A stretch of 64,000 bases of DNA, from contig OZ024760.1 of the NCBI GenBank assembly GCA_964016885.1, forward strand, positions 16,864,001-16,928,000, given 5' to 3'. Below, piece after piece: positions 1-12,355 of this stretch. This DNA is from Eledone cirrhosa (Eukaryota). The number at the start of each line of letters is the position of its first letter. Within the stretch, counting starts at the first letter, position 1. Position numbers and translations under genes: made by a program. The notes beneath the pieces were generated by a model. It ran no database searches, was not told where the DNA came from, and was given only the letters and a program-made list of their open reading frames with translations.

Positions 1-341
1 GTGTCTATATATATATATATGTTTAGATATAAATATGTGTGTGTATATATATATATATATGTTTAGATATATATATGTTTAGATATATATATATATATAC
101 ACATGTCATTAGTTTATCAGCCATTAGTTATCGTGCTATGCTATCACATCAAAGTAATCCGTCACGTTTCTCCTCTTAATTAACAGTTCACATTTTAAGC
201 TCAACTCCTCAATTGTAGTTCTTATTCAATCCGCATTGCGTCACTGCTTACATCCGGGAACTCCTGTCAACATTCAATATGGCGCCCATCTAGTAGAAAG
301 TGACGTTAAAACCGTCAATACTTACATACTCATACGGGCGT

Positions 342-376
<35 letters not shown>

Positions 377-1397
377 TGACTGTATTTGTGTGTGTGTTTC
401 AACACACACACACACACACACGCACGCACGCACGCACGCGCACGCGCACAAATGACTGTATTTTATGTGTGTGTGAGTGTATGGTTGGGTTTAAACCCAC
501 ACATAGACACACGCGGTCACACGCACAAAAAAACTGTATTTTATGTATGTGCGTGTGCTATGTGTGTATGTGGCTGGGTGTGTGCGTGTGGTTGGGTGTG
601 TGTATGTGGCTGGGTGTGTGCGTGTGGTTGGGTGTGTTTATGTGGCAGGGTGTGTGCGTGTGGTTGGGTGTGTTTATGTGGCAGGGTGTATGTGGTTGGG
701 TGTGTGTGTGGCTGTATGTGTATATGTATTCAACATGCTAGTTCACCAAGTGTATGTATATGTGTGTATATGTATGTATATGTGTGTTAAAACAAAACAA
801 AAACAATAACGAAGTGTTAGTATTAGGTTCACGCTTGAGTGTGTATGTGGGAGGGGGGGGGGGTGACATATAAATATATATTTGTATGTATATGTATATA
901 TTCAACACGTTAGCTCACCAAGTGTATGTTTTTCATCTCCCATCCACCTCCATAACGAAAAAAAAATCTATAACAAAACAAAAAAAAAAAAAAGACGTTC
1001 CATTGTTCCTAAATTCTGTTCAGTTCCATTCTCTCTTTTACTTCCTTCATTCTGTAAATTTCTCCGCTATATTACCACAAAATCTTTGAAAAATAGCCCC
1101 GTCGTTTCCTCACACCTCCCCAAACCCTTCTCTCTCATTTTATCTTCATTATTTGAAGAAACCATTGCAGAAACCTCTAAAGTTGTTTTATTGTTTCGAA
1201 ATTAAATCCAGTTTTATGATATTTTCTTTCTTCAATCTACTCTTTTGTTATTTCTCCATAATTTTTAATCCTTTATGCTTTCTAGGATTTAAGTTTTGTG
1301 GAAAATAATTCCATTTTCCTTACAATTCTGTCCTGTTTATTTTCAAGCCGCTACAAATCCAGCTATTATAGAATTATTATATATATATATATATAGA

Positions 1398-1586
1398 TAT
1401 AGTAATAATAATAAATTTGAAGACTAAAATCCAAAGAGGGCTCGATAAGGATAAATATATATCAAATATATAAGAACCGTAGAGCAAATATTTATTAAAA
1501 TAACAGATTAAAGTTTAAGCAAAGAATCGCTCCCGTTAAGGGTGAAAGCAGGCGATTCTTTGCTTAAACTTTAATCTGTTATTTTA

Positions 1587-1593
<7 letters not shown>
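1398..1593. mobile_element. (TA)n-flanked fold-back element, family P1
   Basis: ~42-bp arms tatttattaaaataacag...gaatcgc / gcgattc...ttttaataaata. The unique part recurs almost identically at 28366-28476. Confidence 0.75.
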
Positions 1594-1628
<35 letters not shown>

Positions 1629-1630
<2 letters not shown>

Positions 1631-1874
1631 AGAAAGTCAACAACACACTATATAACTATTCCATTACCAAAGGTTTCAGGACCGTAGACAATATTAACAT
1701 ATGTCAGATCGTTCATCAGACAGGGGAACGATCTAGACGTATGTTAATAATGTCTAGGTTCCTGAAACCTTTGGTAATGGAGTAGTTATATATTGTGTTT
1801 TCACTTTCTAATTAAATTGCTCTGTTCAATACATAGAACACTCTTTTTTTCCTTTGCTTTTTCTTCGGAATTAC

Positions 1875-1878
<4 letters not shown>
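1629..1878. mobile_element. (TA)n-flanked fold-back element with hammerhead motif, family P2 (Penelope-like pLTR relic)
   Basis: Inverted arms centred near 1722. The minus arm reads cctgt-CTGATGA-stem II-GAAAC-ctttg-GTA-atgga. Homologous to 4331-4468 and 53950-54235. Confidence 0.75.
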
Positions 1879-1960
<82 letters not shown>

Positions 1961-2044
1961 TGTTTTTAAACCGTTATAAGTCCAGTTATCACAGAAGTAT
2001 CAAAAAAGTAGTTCGATCCTGTTTATCTTTAAATTGCTACAAGA

Positions 2045-2707
2045 CACTATTTCTCCGAATTGAGAGATCACAGCCCCGATACTATAGACATGTGGTTAGG
2101 ATGTCTCAGGAAAGAATCACTGGACACATTTGTAGCTCTGAGATTAGAGAGTCACTCCTGGAAGATCCGCTACTTGTCCGAATTGAGAGATCACAGCTCT
2201 GATACTATAGACATGTGGTTAGGATGTCTCAGGAAAGAATCACTGGACACATTTGTAGCTCAGAGATCAGAGAGTCACTCCAGGTAGAGCTGCTACTTCT
2301 CCGAATTGAGAGATCACAGCTCTGATACTATAGACATGTGGTTAGGATGTCTCAGGAAAGAATCACTGGACACATTTGTAGCTCAGAGATCAGAGAGTCA
2401 CTCCAGGTAGAGCTGCTACTTCTCCGAATTGAGAGATCACAGCTCTGATACTATGGACATGTGGTTAGGATGTCTCAGGAAAGAATCATTGGACAGATTT
2501 TACGGGCAAAACCAACCGGCAAGACACCTAGAGGTAGACCCCGAGCAAGATGGTTGGATAACATCCATGAGCTTGGCTGATCGGGCTTGGTGATCCTACC
2601 GGAGCAGTTGGAGAGCAGTTGCTTCTGACAGGACCCACTGGAAGGATGGTTTGAGGACTCTGCCCCCACGACACCTCTCAGGAATAAATGGGCGAAGAAG
2701 AAGAAGA
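2045..2707 (+). mobile_element. RTE-clade (Expander/Rex3-like) LINE 3' fragment with a 123-bp segment repeated 4 times
   Basis: Translation LL.RIERSQ.RYYRHVVRMSQERI...KPTGKTPRGRPRARWLD matches RTE C-terminal motifs. Contains stops and a (GAA)n tail. gaattgagag recurs at 2057, 2180, 2303 and 2426. Confidence 0.85.
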
Positions 2708-3121
2708 ATACAAGCCCAGCTATCACAGAATTATCAACAAAAAAAAAAACAACAGAAAATAGTTCTATCCTATTTATTTTCAAATCTCAGAATTATTTTG
2801 ATGTTTCTACCAATACTTTCCAATACTTCGATATTTCCCATTGTCTCAAATGTTTATACAAACCACAGAATTATTAAAAATATTTCCATTGTTTACATCT
2901 TAATCTCCATCACGCCATTTATTTTTTTCACTCACTGTCCCAATTCTCTTTTCGATTTTTTTCGATATTACTACGCGCTGTCTGGAAAACCAAAAGAAAA
3001 AAAAAGCTTTAAAAAAAAAAAGGCAAAACAGAGAAACAACAAAATTACTAAAAGTAGTTTCATTGTTATCTCAACCCCAACTAATCTTTCAATTTTCTCA
3101 CATCATTAATTTCTGTCATCT

Positions 3122-3354
3122 AAGTCTCTCTCTCTCTCTCTCTCTGTCTTTCTCTTTCTCTCTGCCTCCCTGCCTGTTGCTATCTCTCTCTACGTCACTC
3201 TCTCTCTCTCTCTCTCTGAATCTATCTTTCTTTTTCTCTCTGCCTCCCTGTCTGTTGTTATGTCTCTCTCTCTCTCTCTCTCCGATTCTGTCTTTCTCTT
3301 TCTCTCTGCCTCCCTTCCTGTTGCTCTCTCTCTCTCATTCTCTCTCTCTCTACG

Positions 3355-3389
<35 letters not shown>

Positions 3390-3500
3390 GTCACTCTCCC
3401 TCTCTATCTATCTCCATGTCTCTCTGTCAGTGTTTCGATGTCTCTCCCTCTCTTTCTGTCTCTCTCTACGATTCTATCTCTCTCTCTCTTCCCCTTCTTT
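3122..3500. repeat. (CT)n-rich compound microsatellite
   Basis: Direct reading. Confidence 0.9.
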
Positions 3501-3680
3501 CTTTGCAGCATAGAGTTATGACCCTTTACGTTCTGAGTTCAAATCCCGCCTAGGTTAACTTTACCTTTCATCCTTACGGGGGTCGATAAAATAAAGTACC
3601 AGTAATGTACTGGGGTCGATTTAATCGATTTTCCCCTCCCCCAAATTACTGGCCTTGTGCCTATACTGGAAATCATTATT
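3501..3680 (+). mobile_element. tRNA-derived SINE family A, 5'-truncated
   Basis: B-box GAGTTCAAATCC and conserved cctttcatccttacggggtcgataaaataaagtaccag domain. Confidence 0.9.
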
Positions 3681-3783
3681 TTTATTATAATTCTGTACAA
3701 TTTTTAAAAACATTTTCCTGTACAATTTCTCATTATTTTTCTGGACAATGGCCGAATATTTCTATAGATATATTTAGAACAAA
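3675..3783. repeat. Dispersed AT-rich repeat, second copy at ~15452-15552
   Basis: ttttctggacaatggccgaatatttctatagatatatttagaacaaa is shared by both sites. Confidence 0.75.
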
Positions 3784-4330
3784 TGTCGTCTGCCATTTTT
3801 ACAGTGTGGGTGTATCTGTGTGTGTGAGAAAGAGAGAGAGAGAGCTGTGGATTGGAAGAATATTTAGTGTCGTCTGCCATTGTTACAATGTGCGTGTGTG
3901 AGAGAGAGGGAAAGAGAGAGAGAGAGAGCTGTGGGTTGGAAGAGTTATTAGTGTCGTCTGCCATTGTTACAATGTGTGTGTGTGTGTGTGTGAGAGAGAG
4001 GGAAAGAGAGAGAGAGAGAGAGAGCTGTGGGTTGGAAGAATTATTAGTGTCGTCTGCCATTGTTACAATGTGTGTGTGTGTGAGAGAGAGGGAAAGAGAG
4101 AGAGAGAGAGAGCTGTGGGTTGGAAGAATTATTAGTGTCGTCTGCCATTGTTACAATGTGTGTGTGTGAGAGAGAGGGAAAGAGAGAGAGAGAGAGAGCT
4201 GTGGGTTGGAAGAATTATTAGTGTCGTCTGCCATTGTTACAATGTGTGTGTGTGAGAGAGAGAGAGAGAGAGCTGTGGATTAGAAGAGTTATTAGTGTCG
4301 TCTGCCATTGTTACGATGTGTGTGTGTGTG
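3784..4330. repeat. Compound minisatellite, ~8 units of ~60-70 bp
   Basis: Constant ctgtgggttggaagaattattagtgtcgtctgccattgttacaa plus variable (TG)n(AG)n. Confidence 0.9.
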
Positions 4331-4468
4331 ATATTATTATTGTCTGTGATCCAGAAACCTTTGGTAATGCAGTAGTTATATTTTGTTTTGTTCGCATTCT
4401 AATTAAATAGCTCTGTTCTATACACAGAGCACTCTTTTTCCCTTTGCTTTTCCTTCGTAATTACTTAA
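4331..4468 (+). mobile_element. Family P2 fragment (3' half of hammerhead plus tail)
   Basis: gatccaGAAACctttgGTAatgcag...gagcactc, homologous to 1750-1878 and 53950-54090. Confidence 0.75.
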
Positions 4469-4665
4469 CACACACACATATATGTATGAATGAAGTAATT
4501 CCGTCGGAAAGGTCCAGGAAAAAAGAGTGCTCTATGTAGGTTACAGAGCTATTATTCTATATATATATATAGAGAGAGAGAGAATAAGAAAAAGTGAAGT
4601 AGTTTCAGATGTTAAAGTCCTTTAATGATAATGCTGTGATACATATTTCAATGACCAACCTAATA

Positions 4666-4696
<31 letters not shown>

Positions 4697-5033
4697 ATTA
4701 GATTGTTCTTTCGTTTCTACACAGATCCTACCTCTGAAGTGTAGACTACTTCTACGCAATGAAGTCAATACGTAACATTATAGCGTGTTTTTTTCTTCCC
4801 CTATATTTATTTAGTAGAATTACATATATAGAAACAGATGGTATCACATCTCTTCTGTTATATTTTTTAGGTTTGTTCTAAGTCAGTTTTTTATTCTTAG
4901 ATCTGCAATTCATCAACATATGCATATTGGAAGAAAAAAAAAAACCAAATGAAAAAGAATAAAAACATAGACAAACACACACACACACTCTCTTACACAC
5001 CCACACACACACTCTCTCTCTCTCACATATATA

Positions 5034-5138
5034 TAGTGCACGAAATTGCACGCCAGCAGGTGGCTGACGCGGTAGAGACTTAGAGATTTATCTGCTAATC
5101 TTATGTAACTGTTTTTCTGCATGAATTTCCTGCTGTTA
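5034..5138. mobile_element. (TA)n-flanked ~105-bp dispersed element J, second copy 7367-7471
   Basis: Near-identical copies, both bounded by TA runs. Confidence 0.75.
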
Positions 5139-5250
5139 TATATATATATGGAGAGAGTATATATATATATAGAGAGAGAGAGAGAGTATATAGAGAGAGA
5201 GAGAGTATAGAGAGAGAGAGAGAGAGTATAGAGAGAGTAGAGAGAGAGAG

Positions 5251-5302
<52 letters not shown>

Positions 5303-5475
5303 AGAGAGAGAGAGAGTATAGAGAGAGAGAGAGAGAGAGAGTATAGAGAGAGAGAGTATAGAGAGAGAGAGAGAGAGTATAGAGAGAGAGAGAGAGAGTA
5401 TATATATATATATATAGAGAGAGAGAGTATATATATATAGAGAGAGTATATATATATATATAGAGAGAGAGAGAG

Positions 5476-5523
<48 letters not shown>

Positions 5524-5664
5524 ATATATATAGAGAGAGTATATATATATATAGAGAGAGAGAGAGAGTATATATATAGAGAGAGAGTATATATATATAT
5601 ATAGAGAGAGAGAGAGTATATATATAGAGAGAGAGTATATATATATATAGAGAGAGAGAGAGAG

Positions 5665-5726
<62 letters not shown>

Positions 5727-5842
5727 TATATATATATATAGAGAGAGAGAGAGAGTATATATATATATAGAGAGAGAGAGAGAGTATATATATATATAGA
5801 GAGAGAGAGAGAGTATATATATATAGAGAGAGAGAGAGAGAG

Positions 5843-5904
<62 letters not shown>

Positions 5905-5933
5905 TATATATATATATATATAGAGAGAGAGAG
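5139..5933. repeat. Compound (TA)n(GA)n satellite
   Basis: Alternating TA and GA tracts. Confidence 0.95.
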
Positions 5934-6108
5934 GGGGGTTGATACAGTGGGGAGGGGAAGGAGGAGACTGAGAGGAAGATGAAAGAATTAGAAAGGAAAC
6001 TTGTGCACGTGACTGAGAATATATGGTAAAGAAAGAAAACGAAAAATTGTAACAATAACATAAACAACAACAACATGTCTGATAAGATAAGAAACGGTTA
6101 TATATATG

Positions 6109-6150
<42 letters not shown>

Positions 6151-6167
6151 TGTATGTATGTATATTG

Positions 6168-6200
<33 letters not shown>

Positions 6201-6245
6201 GTATATATATATATGCGTGTGTGTGTATATATGTATGTATATGTG

Positions 6246-6281
<36 letters not shown>

Positions 6282-6552
6282 TATATATGAGAGAGAATGT
6301 AATTACATTATTTGTTCTAAAATTGTAATATTTGGTAGAAAATGAGCACTTTCAGATATAGAAAAAAAATACATAATATACATACACATGTGTATATGAA
6401 TGAATATATACACATACACACATCCATATATATGTACGTACGTATGTATATATGTATGTATGTATGTATATATATGTGTGTGTGTATATATATATATATA
6501 TATACACAAATACATGTATTTGTGTATATATATATATATATATATATACATA

Positions 6553-7163
6553 TGGTGGCTGCCAACTCGTTTTCGAGTACGGCCACTACTTTATATCCAT
6601 GTAGGAGAACCCCTACCGATGCGCTGAACGAGTGTGACTTTTTAGTCCAGCCAGCGACTTGAAAACTCTGGTACAAACACTACACCTGTGACAATTATTG
6701 ACACATAGTGCAGGGCCCATGGTACCATGTGACGACAAGTGCAGAGAGATCTCCAGATATAAAGCAATGCCTGTGCCGTGAAGCTTTTATAGTGAGCGAA
6801 GGCACTGCACAAAGCCAGTCCCACTCTCTTAACCAAGATGATATTTACCAAAAAGAAGAACAAGTCAACATCATTGGATACCATCAGGGTTGCAGGTGTT
6901 ATATCAGAGTTTTCCTTCTCCTAGAATTATGCCTTGACAAAGGCTAAGGGGTCATCTCTCCCGGTGATTTTGGATGGCCATTGACTCTTAAGAGCTCCTT
7001 TGCCCTTTGACAGGTTTTGTTTTTAGTCCTGCAGGATGTCCAAAGTCACCCTCCTCACCAAGAAACCTTGGTGGGGTTGCCAGTTTAGTCGCCAACGACT
7101 CGACCATGGGACAGGTTGTACTGGGATACATGTTACCAGTAGCACCAACTGGTGACCTGACAG
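6553..7163 (-). mobile_element. Non-autonomous RTE-like retroposon K (longest copy) with C2H2-finger micro-ORF
   Basis: Minus strand has CTAGGAGAAGGAAAACTCTGA (recalled as an RTE 5'UTR motif), a 3' stem-loop actcg-aaaa-cgagt and a (TA)n tail. Four close copies in the window. Confidence 0.8.
6613..6720 (-). CDS. Putative 35-aa C2H2 zinc-finger micro-ORF in element K ([35 protein letters not shown])
   Basis: C-x2-C-x12-H-x4-H with conserved F and L, accATGG start context. Expression unknown. Confidence 0.4.
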   Translation of the reverse strand: MGPALCVNNCHRCSVCTRVFKSLAGLKSHTRSAHR

Positions 7164-7325
7164 ATATATACATATATATACATATATACACACACACACA
7201 CATATATATATACACACATATATATATATATGAGCGGAACAAGTAAACATTAAACAATCTTTTAAATAAATGAAAATATGATTTAAATTTAAATATATAT
7301 ATATATATTGACACGCACATCACAT

Positions 7326-7371
<46 letters not shown>

Positions 7372-7567
7372 CACGAAATTGCACGCCAGCAGGTGGCTGA
7401 CGTTGGGAAGATTTAGAGATTTATCTGCTTATCTTATGTAACTGTTTTTCTGCATGAATTTTCTGCTGTTATATCTATATATATGGCGTAGACATTACAA
7501 TACAATAGGAGGGAACATATTAGTACCACTGATGATGTTGCAGTTGTGCAACGAAAGAACTTTGATA

Positions 7568-7602
<35 letters not shown>

Positions 7603-7604
<2 letters not shown>

Positions 7605-7764
7605 CAGTATTTTTAACCGCTGGTCAATCAATAATAAACATAGATTGCCAAATAAATTAACTATGGAGATATAAAAGGATACAGAAGCGAAAACCAACCA
7701 AACAGTGAGTGTGTTCTGTGATTATTTCTGGCAATATTACAACAATATGACCCTCCCCAAGTAT

Positions 7765-7770
<6 letters not shown>
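7603..7770 (+). mobile_element. 3' tail of SINE family C, flanked by (TA)n
   Basis: Near-identical to 54728-54896. Confidence 0.75.
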
Positions 7771-7826
<56 letters not shown>

Positions 7827-7952
7827 CAGAGACATACATCATATAATACATATATATAGATAGTTGATTTTAAAATATATTTTAAAATGAACTAAAAAAA
7901 CAAGAATATTTATTGTATTGTAATATTGTGTGTGTATATATATATATATATA

Positions 7953-8170
7953 TGGTGGCTGCCAACTCGTTTTCGAGTACGGCCACTACTTTATATCCAT
8001 GTAGGAGAACCCCTACCGATGCGCTGAACGAGTGTGACTTTTTAGTCCAGCCAGCGACTTGAAAACTCTGGTACAAACACTACACTTGTGATAATTATTG
8101 ACATATAGTGCTGGGCCCATGGTACTATGTGACGACAAGTGCAGAGAGATCTCCAGATATAAAGCAATGC
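7953..8170 (-). mobile_element. Element K, 5'-truncated, micro-ORF 8013-8120
   Basis: Near-identical to 6553-6770. Confidence 0.85.
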
Positions 8171-8183
8171 ATGCATACGTACG

Positions 8184-8276
<93 letters not shown>

Positions 8277-8867
8277 GCATGCACATACACATACATACGC
8301 ATACATACATACAAGTTGCTCGAATTTATATATAGATATATATACTAATAACTATTGGTTCACTCACACATACCCTTCCTTCCTTTTACACACACTCACT
8401 CACACACACACACGCGCGCACACACATTGTGTGGCTGACTGACGGACGGAAGCTGCTCGAATTTATATATAAATATATATATATATATACTAATAACTAA
8501 TGGTACATTATCTGTCAGCAGACGGTCTTATAATATAAGACATACTTTAAAACATAGTTGATCATTCTTTTTATAGACATTATGAGACAATATATATTCG
8601 TAGCATTGTTAGTGTTAAAGATAACTGTTGTATTGTTATACAATAAACTATAACTATATTCACAGATATGTTATTAAGTTTTTATCTTATAATATATTAT
8701 AATATGTAAAAAGGATGCGAGTATGGCTGTGTGGTGAAATAGCCCGTCTCGCTAACTATTCTGTTTTGTGGTGATGTGGTTAAAATGTCTTCTACGTTAG
8801 TTTCGTGTTGACCGATAATTTGCGATAGGAATTTCCTTGACTGAAACTACCCTCCCCCTCTCCCCCC

Positions 8868-8912
<45 letters not shown>

Positions 8913-8939
8913 CTATCTATTTCTCTCTCTCTACCTATC

Positions 8940-8970
<31 letters not shown>

Positions 8971-9181
8971 GCTTATCTATCTATCCATCTCTCTATTTCC
9001 TTCTCTCTCTCTCTAACTCTCTCTCCCCCACATACACACACATACTCACATACACACACATACTTGCATACACACACATTGAAACGAAAATAACCACGGA
9101 AAGAGAATCTCCTCAAATGCCAATTAAAAATATTTCTGATATTTGTAATCTCAATAACTTACGTTGCCAGTAGCGTCTAGG

Positions 9182-9265
9182 CGAGATTTCGATTGTCAGT
9201 AGTATATAAACGAGATCTCGATTGTCAGTAGTATATAAACGAGATCTCGATTGTCAGTAGTATAT
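9182..9265. repeat. 29-bp tandem repeat x3
   Basis: cgagatctcgattgtcagtagtatataaa. Confidence 0.85.
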
Positions 9266-9362
9266 CTGTATACTAAACTTTTTCCGGATAATTCTCTTTC
9301 TGAAGAAGTGCAATTGCAGACACGTAACGCATAGGAATGAACATTATATAATGTAGATAAAT

Positions 9363-9910
9363 GGCGGTGGATTGGCAGTATCGGTAGAGGGTCGGACGCC
9401 ATGCTAGGGCGGTGGATTGGCAGTATCGGTAGAGGGTCAGACACCATGCTAGGGCGGTGGATAGGCAGTATCGGTAGAGGGTCAGACACCATGCTAGGGC
9501 GGTGGATTGGCAGTATCAGTAGAGGGTCAGACACCATGCTAGGGCGGTGGATAGGCAGTATCGGTAGAGGGTCGGACGCCATGCTAGGGCGGTGGATTGG
9601 CAGTATCGGTAGAGGGTCGGACGCCATGCTAGGGCGGTGGATTGGCAGTATCGGTAGAGGGTCAGACGCCATGCTAGGGCGGTGGATTGGCAGTATCGGT
9701 AGAGGGTCGGACGCCATGCTAGGGCGGTGGATTGGCAGTATCGGTAGAGGGTCGGACGCCATGCTTTCCAGCTTAGTTACGTCCCTTTACGATCTGAGTT
9801 CAAATCCCGCCGAGGTTGACTTTGCCTTTCATCCTTACGGGGTCGATAAAATAAAGTACCAGTAATGTACTGGGTGATTGCTGGCCTTGTGCCAAAAGTA
9901 GAAACAATTA
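9363..9910 (+). mobile_element. SINE A whose 45-bp 5' head is amplified about 9 times
   Basis: ggcggtggattggcagtatcggtagagggtcggacgccatgctag x9, then the normal SINE body. Compare the single head at 57486. Confidence 0.9.
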
Positions 9911-10626
9911 TATATATATATATATGTGGAGGGGAGGTGTTTGTGTGGGCGTGTGTGTATTTAAAAGTTAACATTTGGAAAAGTTTTGAACCATAAAATT
10001 GAAATGCTATTAAACATCTTTGGGTGAGTTACAAATAAAAGCGACACTTGGTATTTGCAATTAAAAATCGAAATTTATTTTGTTAAAGGTTAATTAGAGC
10101 AAACAATAAAATAAACGAAAAATACATAAAATAAAACGAAATTAAAATAAAATAAAAACATAAAATAAAACTAAAACAAAATAAACGAAAAAAAAAAGTA
10201 AAACTAAAAGAAAATATAATTAAAAAAATGAAATATAATAAAGAAATAAAATATAATAAAGAAATAAAATAAAATTACAAAAATAAAATAAATAAAATAA
10301 AAATAAAATATAATAAAACAATAAAATAAAAAATAAAATAAATGAAATGAAATATAATAAAAAATAAAATAAAATAAAATATAAAAAATCAAGTTAAAAA
10401 AAATATATAAAATACAAAATATAATAAAAAATAAAATATAGTAAAAAATAAAATTAACGAAAAAAAACACGTAAAATAAATATTTTGTAATTAAGAAAGT
10501 CAATTCCTTTGTTTTCATCAAAAGAGAAATGATTTATGAAAGAAAGAATTATTTAAAAGGACAAATAGAAATATAAGATGAAAAATTACCACAAAAACCA
10601 AGTTAATTGATGGTTAAAATGGAAGA

Positions 10627-10802
10627 TAATTGTTTCTACTTTTGGCACAAGGCCAGCAATTACCCAGTGTATTACTGGTACTTTATTTTATCGACCCCGT
10701 AAGGATGAAAGGCAAAGTTAACCTCGGCGGGAATTGAACTCGGATCATAAAGGGCCGTAACTCTACCCTTCAAAGCATGGTGTCCGACTCTCTACCGATA
10801 CT
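10627..10802 (-). mobile_element. SINE A
   Basis: Reverse complement of the SINE A consensus. Confidence 0.9.
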
Positions 10803-10817
10803 ATATATATATATATA

Positions 10818-10960
10818 TAATGAAAGAAGTGTGGTAAGGAACCAAGTGGACCATAACGCACCAGAGTACTCGATACTTTGGGTAGTAGAGTGGGTAATAG
10901 GGAAAGGTTCAGGACCCCGACGGCTGTTTCTAGAATTTAGTCCAGAAATAGCCGTCTAAA
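10818..10960 (-). mobile_element. Family P3 (TA)n-associated element with short fold-back
   Basis: gtggaccataacgcaccagagtactc...gacggct...agccgtc. Homologous to 28153, 34248, 47706 and 58619. Confidence 0.8.
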
Positions 10961-10969
10961 CTCTATAGA

Positions 10970-11315
10970 TAATAAACACAACCACAAGGATAAGGTCCGA
11001 ATGTGGAAGAGACGAACTCCTACTGTCATCACCTCAATCTCTCTTGCCCTCCCCATCTCTCTGTATGGTGAGCAAATGGGGTCCCACGTGCTGGCTTCCC
11101 CACAACCTCGGCGGACAGTATGGAGAAGGCATTTCCCCGGAGGGTGGCAAGGGAGACGCGCTGGAAGAGCCATTCCATCTCGCGAGGCCCAAACCTGCGG
11201 CTGGCCAGCTCAGCGCCTATGGTGGTGAGTAGGGAGGTAGCCCTGGGGCCTAGGTCACCAGATGTCTCCACTGCCAACGGCACGACCGCAAACCTGTCGG
11301 AGAACGACCGGTACT

Positions 11316-11316
<1 letters not shown>
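10970..11316 (-). mobile_element. CRE-clade non-LTR retrotransposon 3' fragment (restriction-like endonuclease C-terminus plus 3'UTR)
   Basis: KYRSFSDRFAVVPLAVETSGDLGP...LFQRVSLATLRGNAFSIL matches the CRE-type P-x-A-x-ET-x-G...FQR-x-S...RGNA signature. The 5' end abuts (TA)n. Confidence 0.8.
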
Positions 11317-11368
<52 letters not shown>

Positions 11369-11579
11369 GGTGTCCTCGTGTATGTGTTATTGGATGTGAA
11401 TGAGAGAGGAATAGAGAGAGGGGGGAAGGGAGTGAGTGGAGTGATCGTCTGCTTTTTTTATCAACTGAATGACTTTACTGAGAAACCGGATATAACGGGA
11501 TATAACCGGATAGTAATGGAGTTTGCCATGTTGGTTTGTTTGATGACCAACACAATGGAATGTGTGTCATCCATATGGC

Positions 11580-12355
11580 ATGTCCCTCTGTTGGTATCTC
11601 ATATTATTGTGATATATCATAGATTTATTATGTCGCTCTGTTGGTATCTCATCTCATTGTGATACATGATAGATTTATTATGTCGCTCTGTTGGTGTCTT
11701 ATCTCATTGCGATATATCATAGATCTATTATGTTATTATCTTATTTTCTTATGACATATCATAGATTCATTATATTCGTATCTTATCGTCTTATGATATA
11801 TCATAAATGTGTTGCGTCCCTACGATATATCATAAATGTATTATGTTCGTAGGATATGTAATAGATGTATCATGTCCGTACGATATGTCATAGATTTATT
11901 ATGTTGGTCTATAGGTATCGTATCTTCCTATGATATTTCATAAATATATTATGTCCGTACGATATGTCATAGATTTATTATGATGGTCTGTAGGTATCGT
12001 ATCTTCCTATGATATTTCATAAATGTATTATGTCCGTACGATATGTCATAGATTTATTATGATGGTCTGTAGGTATCTTATCTTCCTATGATATTTCATA
12101 AATGTATTATGTCCGTACGATATGTCATAGATTCATTATGATGGTCTATTGGTATCTTATCTTCCTATGATATATCATAAATGTATTGTGTTCTTACGAT
12201 ATGTCATAGATTCATTATGATGGTCTGTCGGTATCTTATAATATCTTAATATATATCATACATGTATTATGTCATTACAATATATCATAGATTTATTATG
12301 ATGGTCTATTGGTATCTTATAATATCTTAGCATATATCATAAAGGTATCATGTAG
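11580..12355. repeat. Degenerate ~79-bp minisatellite built from gatatatcatagatttattatg subunits
   Basis: Period 79 at 11881, 11960, 12039. Confidence 0.85.

Noticed and set aside
3784-4330. CRISPR-like constant repeat with variable spacers
   Set aside because: The spacers are only (TG)n(AG)n of variable length, in a eukaryotic context.
4728-4772. Hammerhead-like CTGAAGT-gtaga/tctac-GCAAT-GTC
   Set aside because: Several core mismatches and no stem I, so it is too degenerate to call.
4913-6345. Long ORFs rich in YI/LS/VC/HT repeats (also 16753-17955, 34754-35710, 54639-56904)
   Set aside because: They are translations of dinucleotide microsatellites, which lack stop codons.
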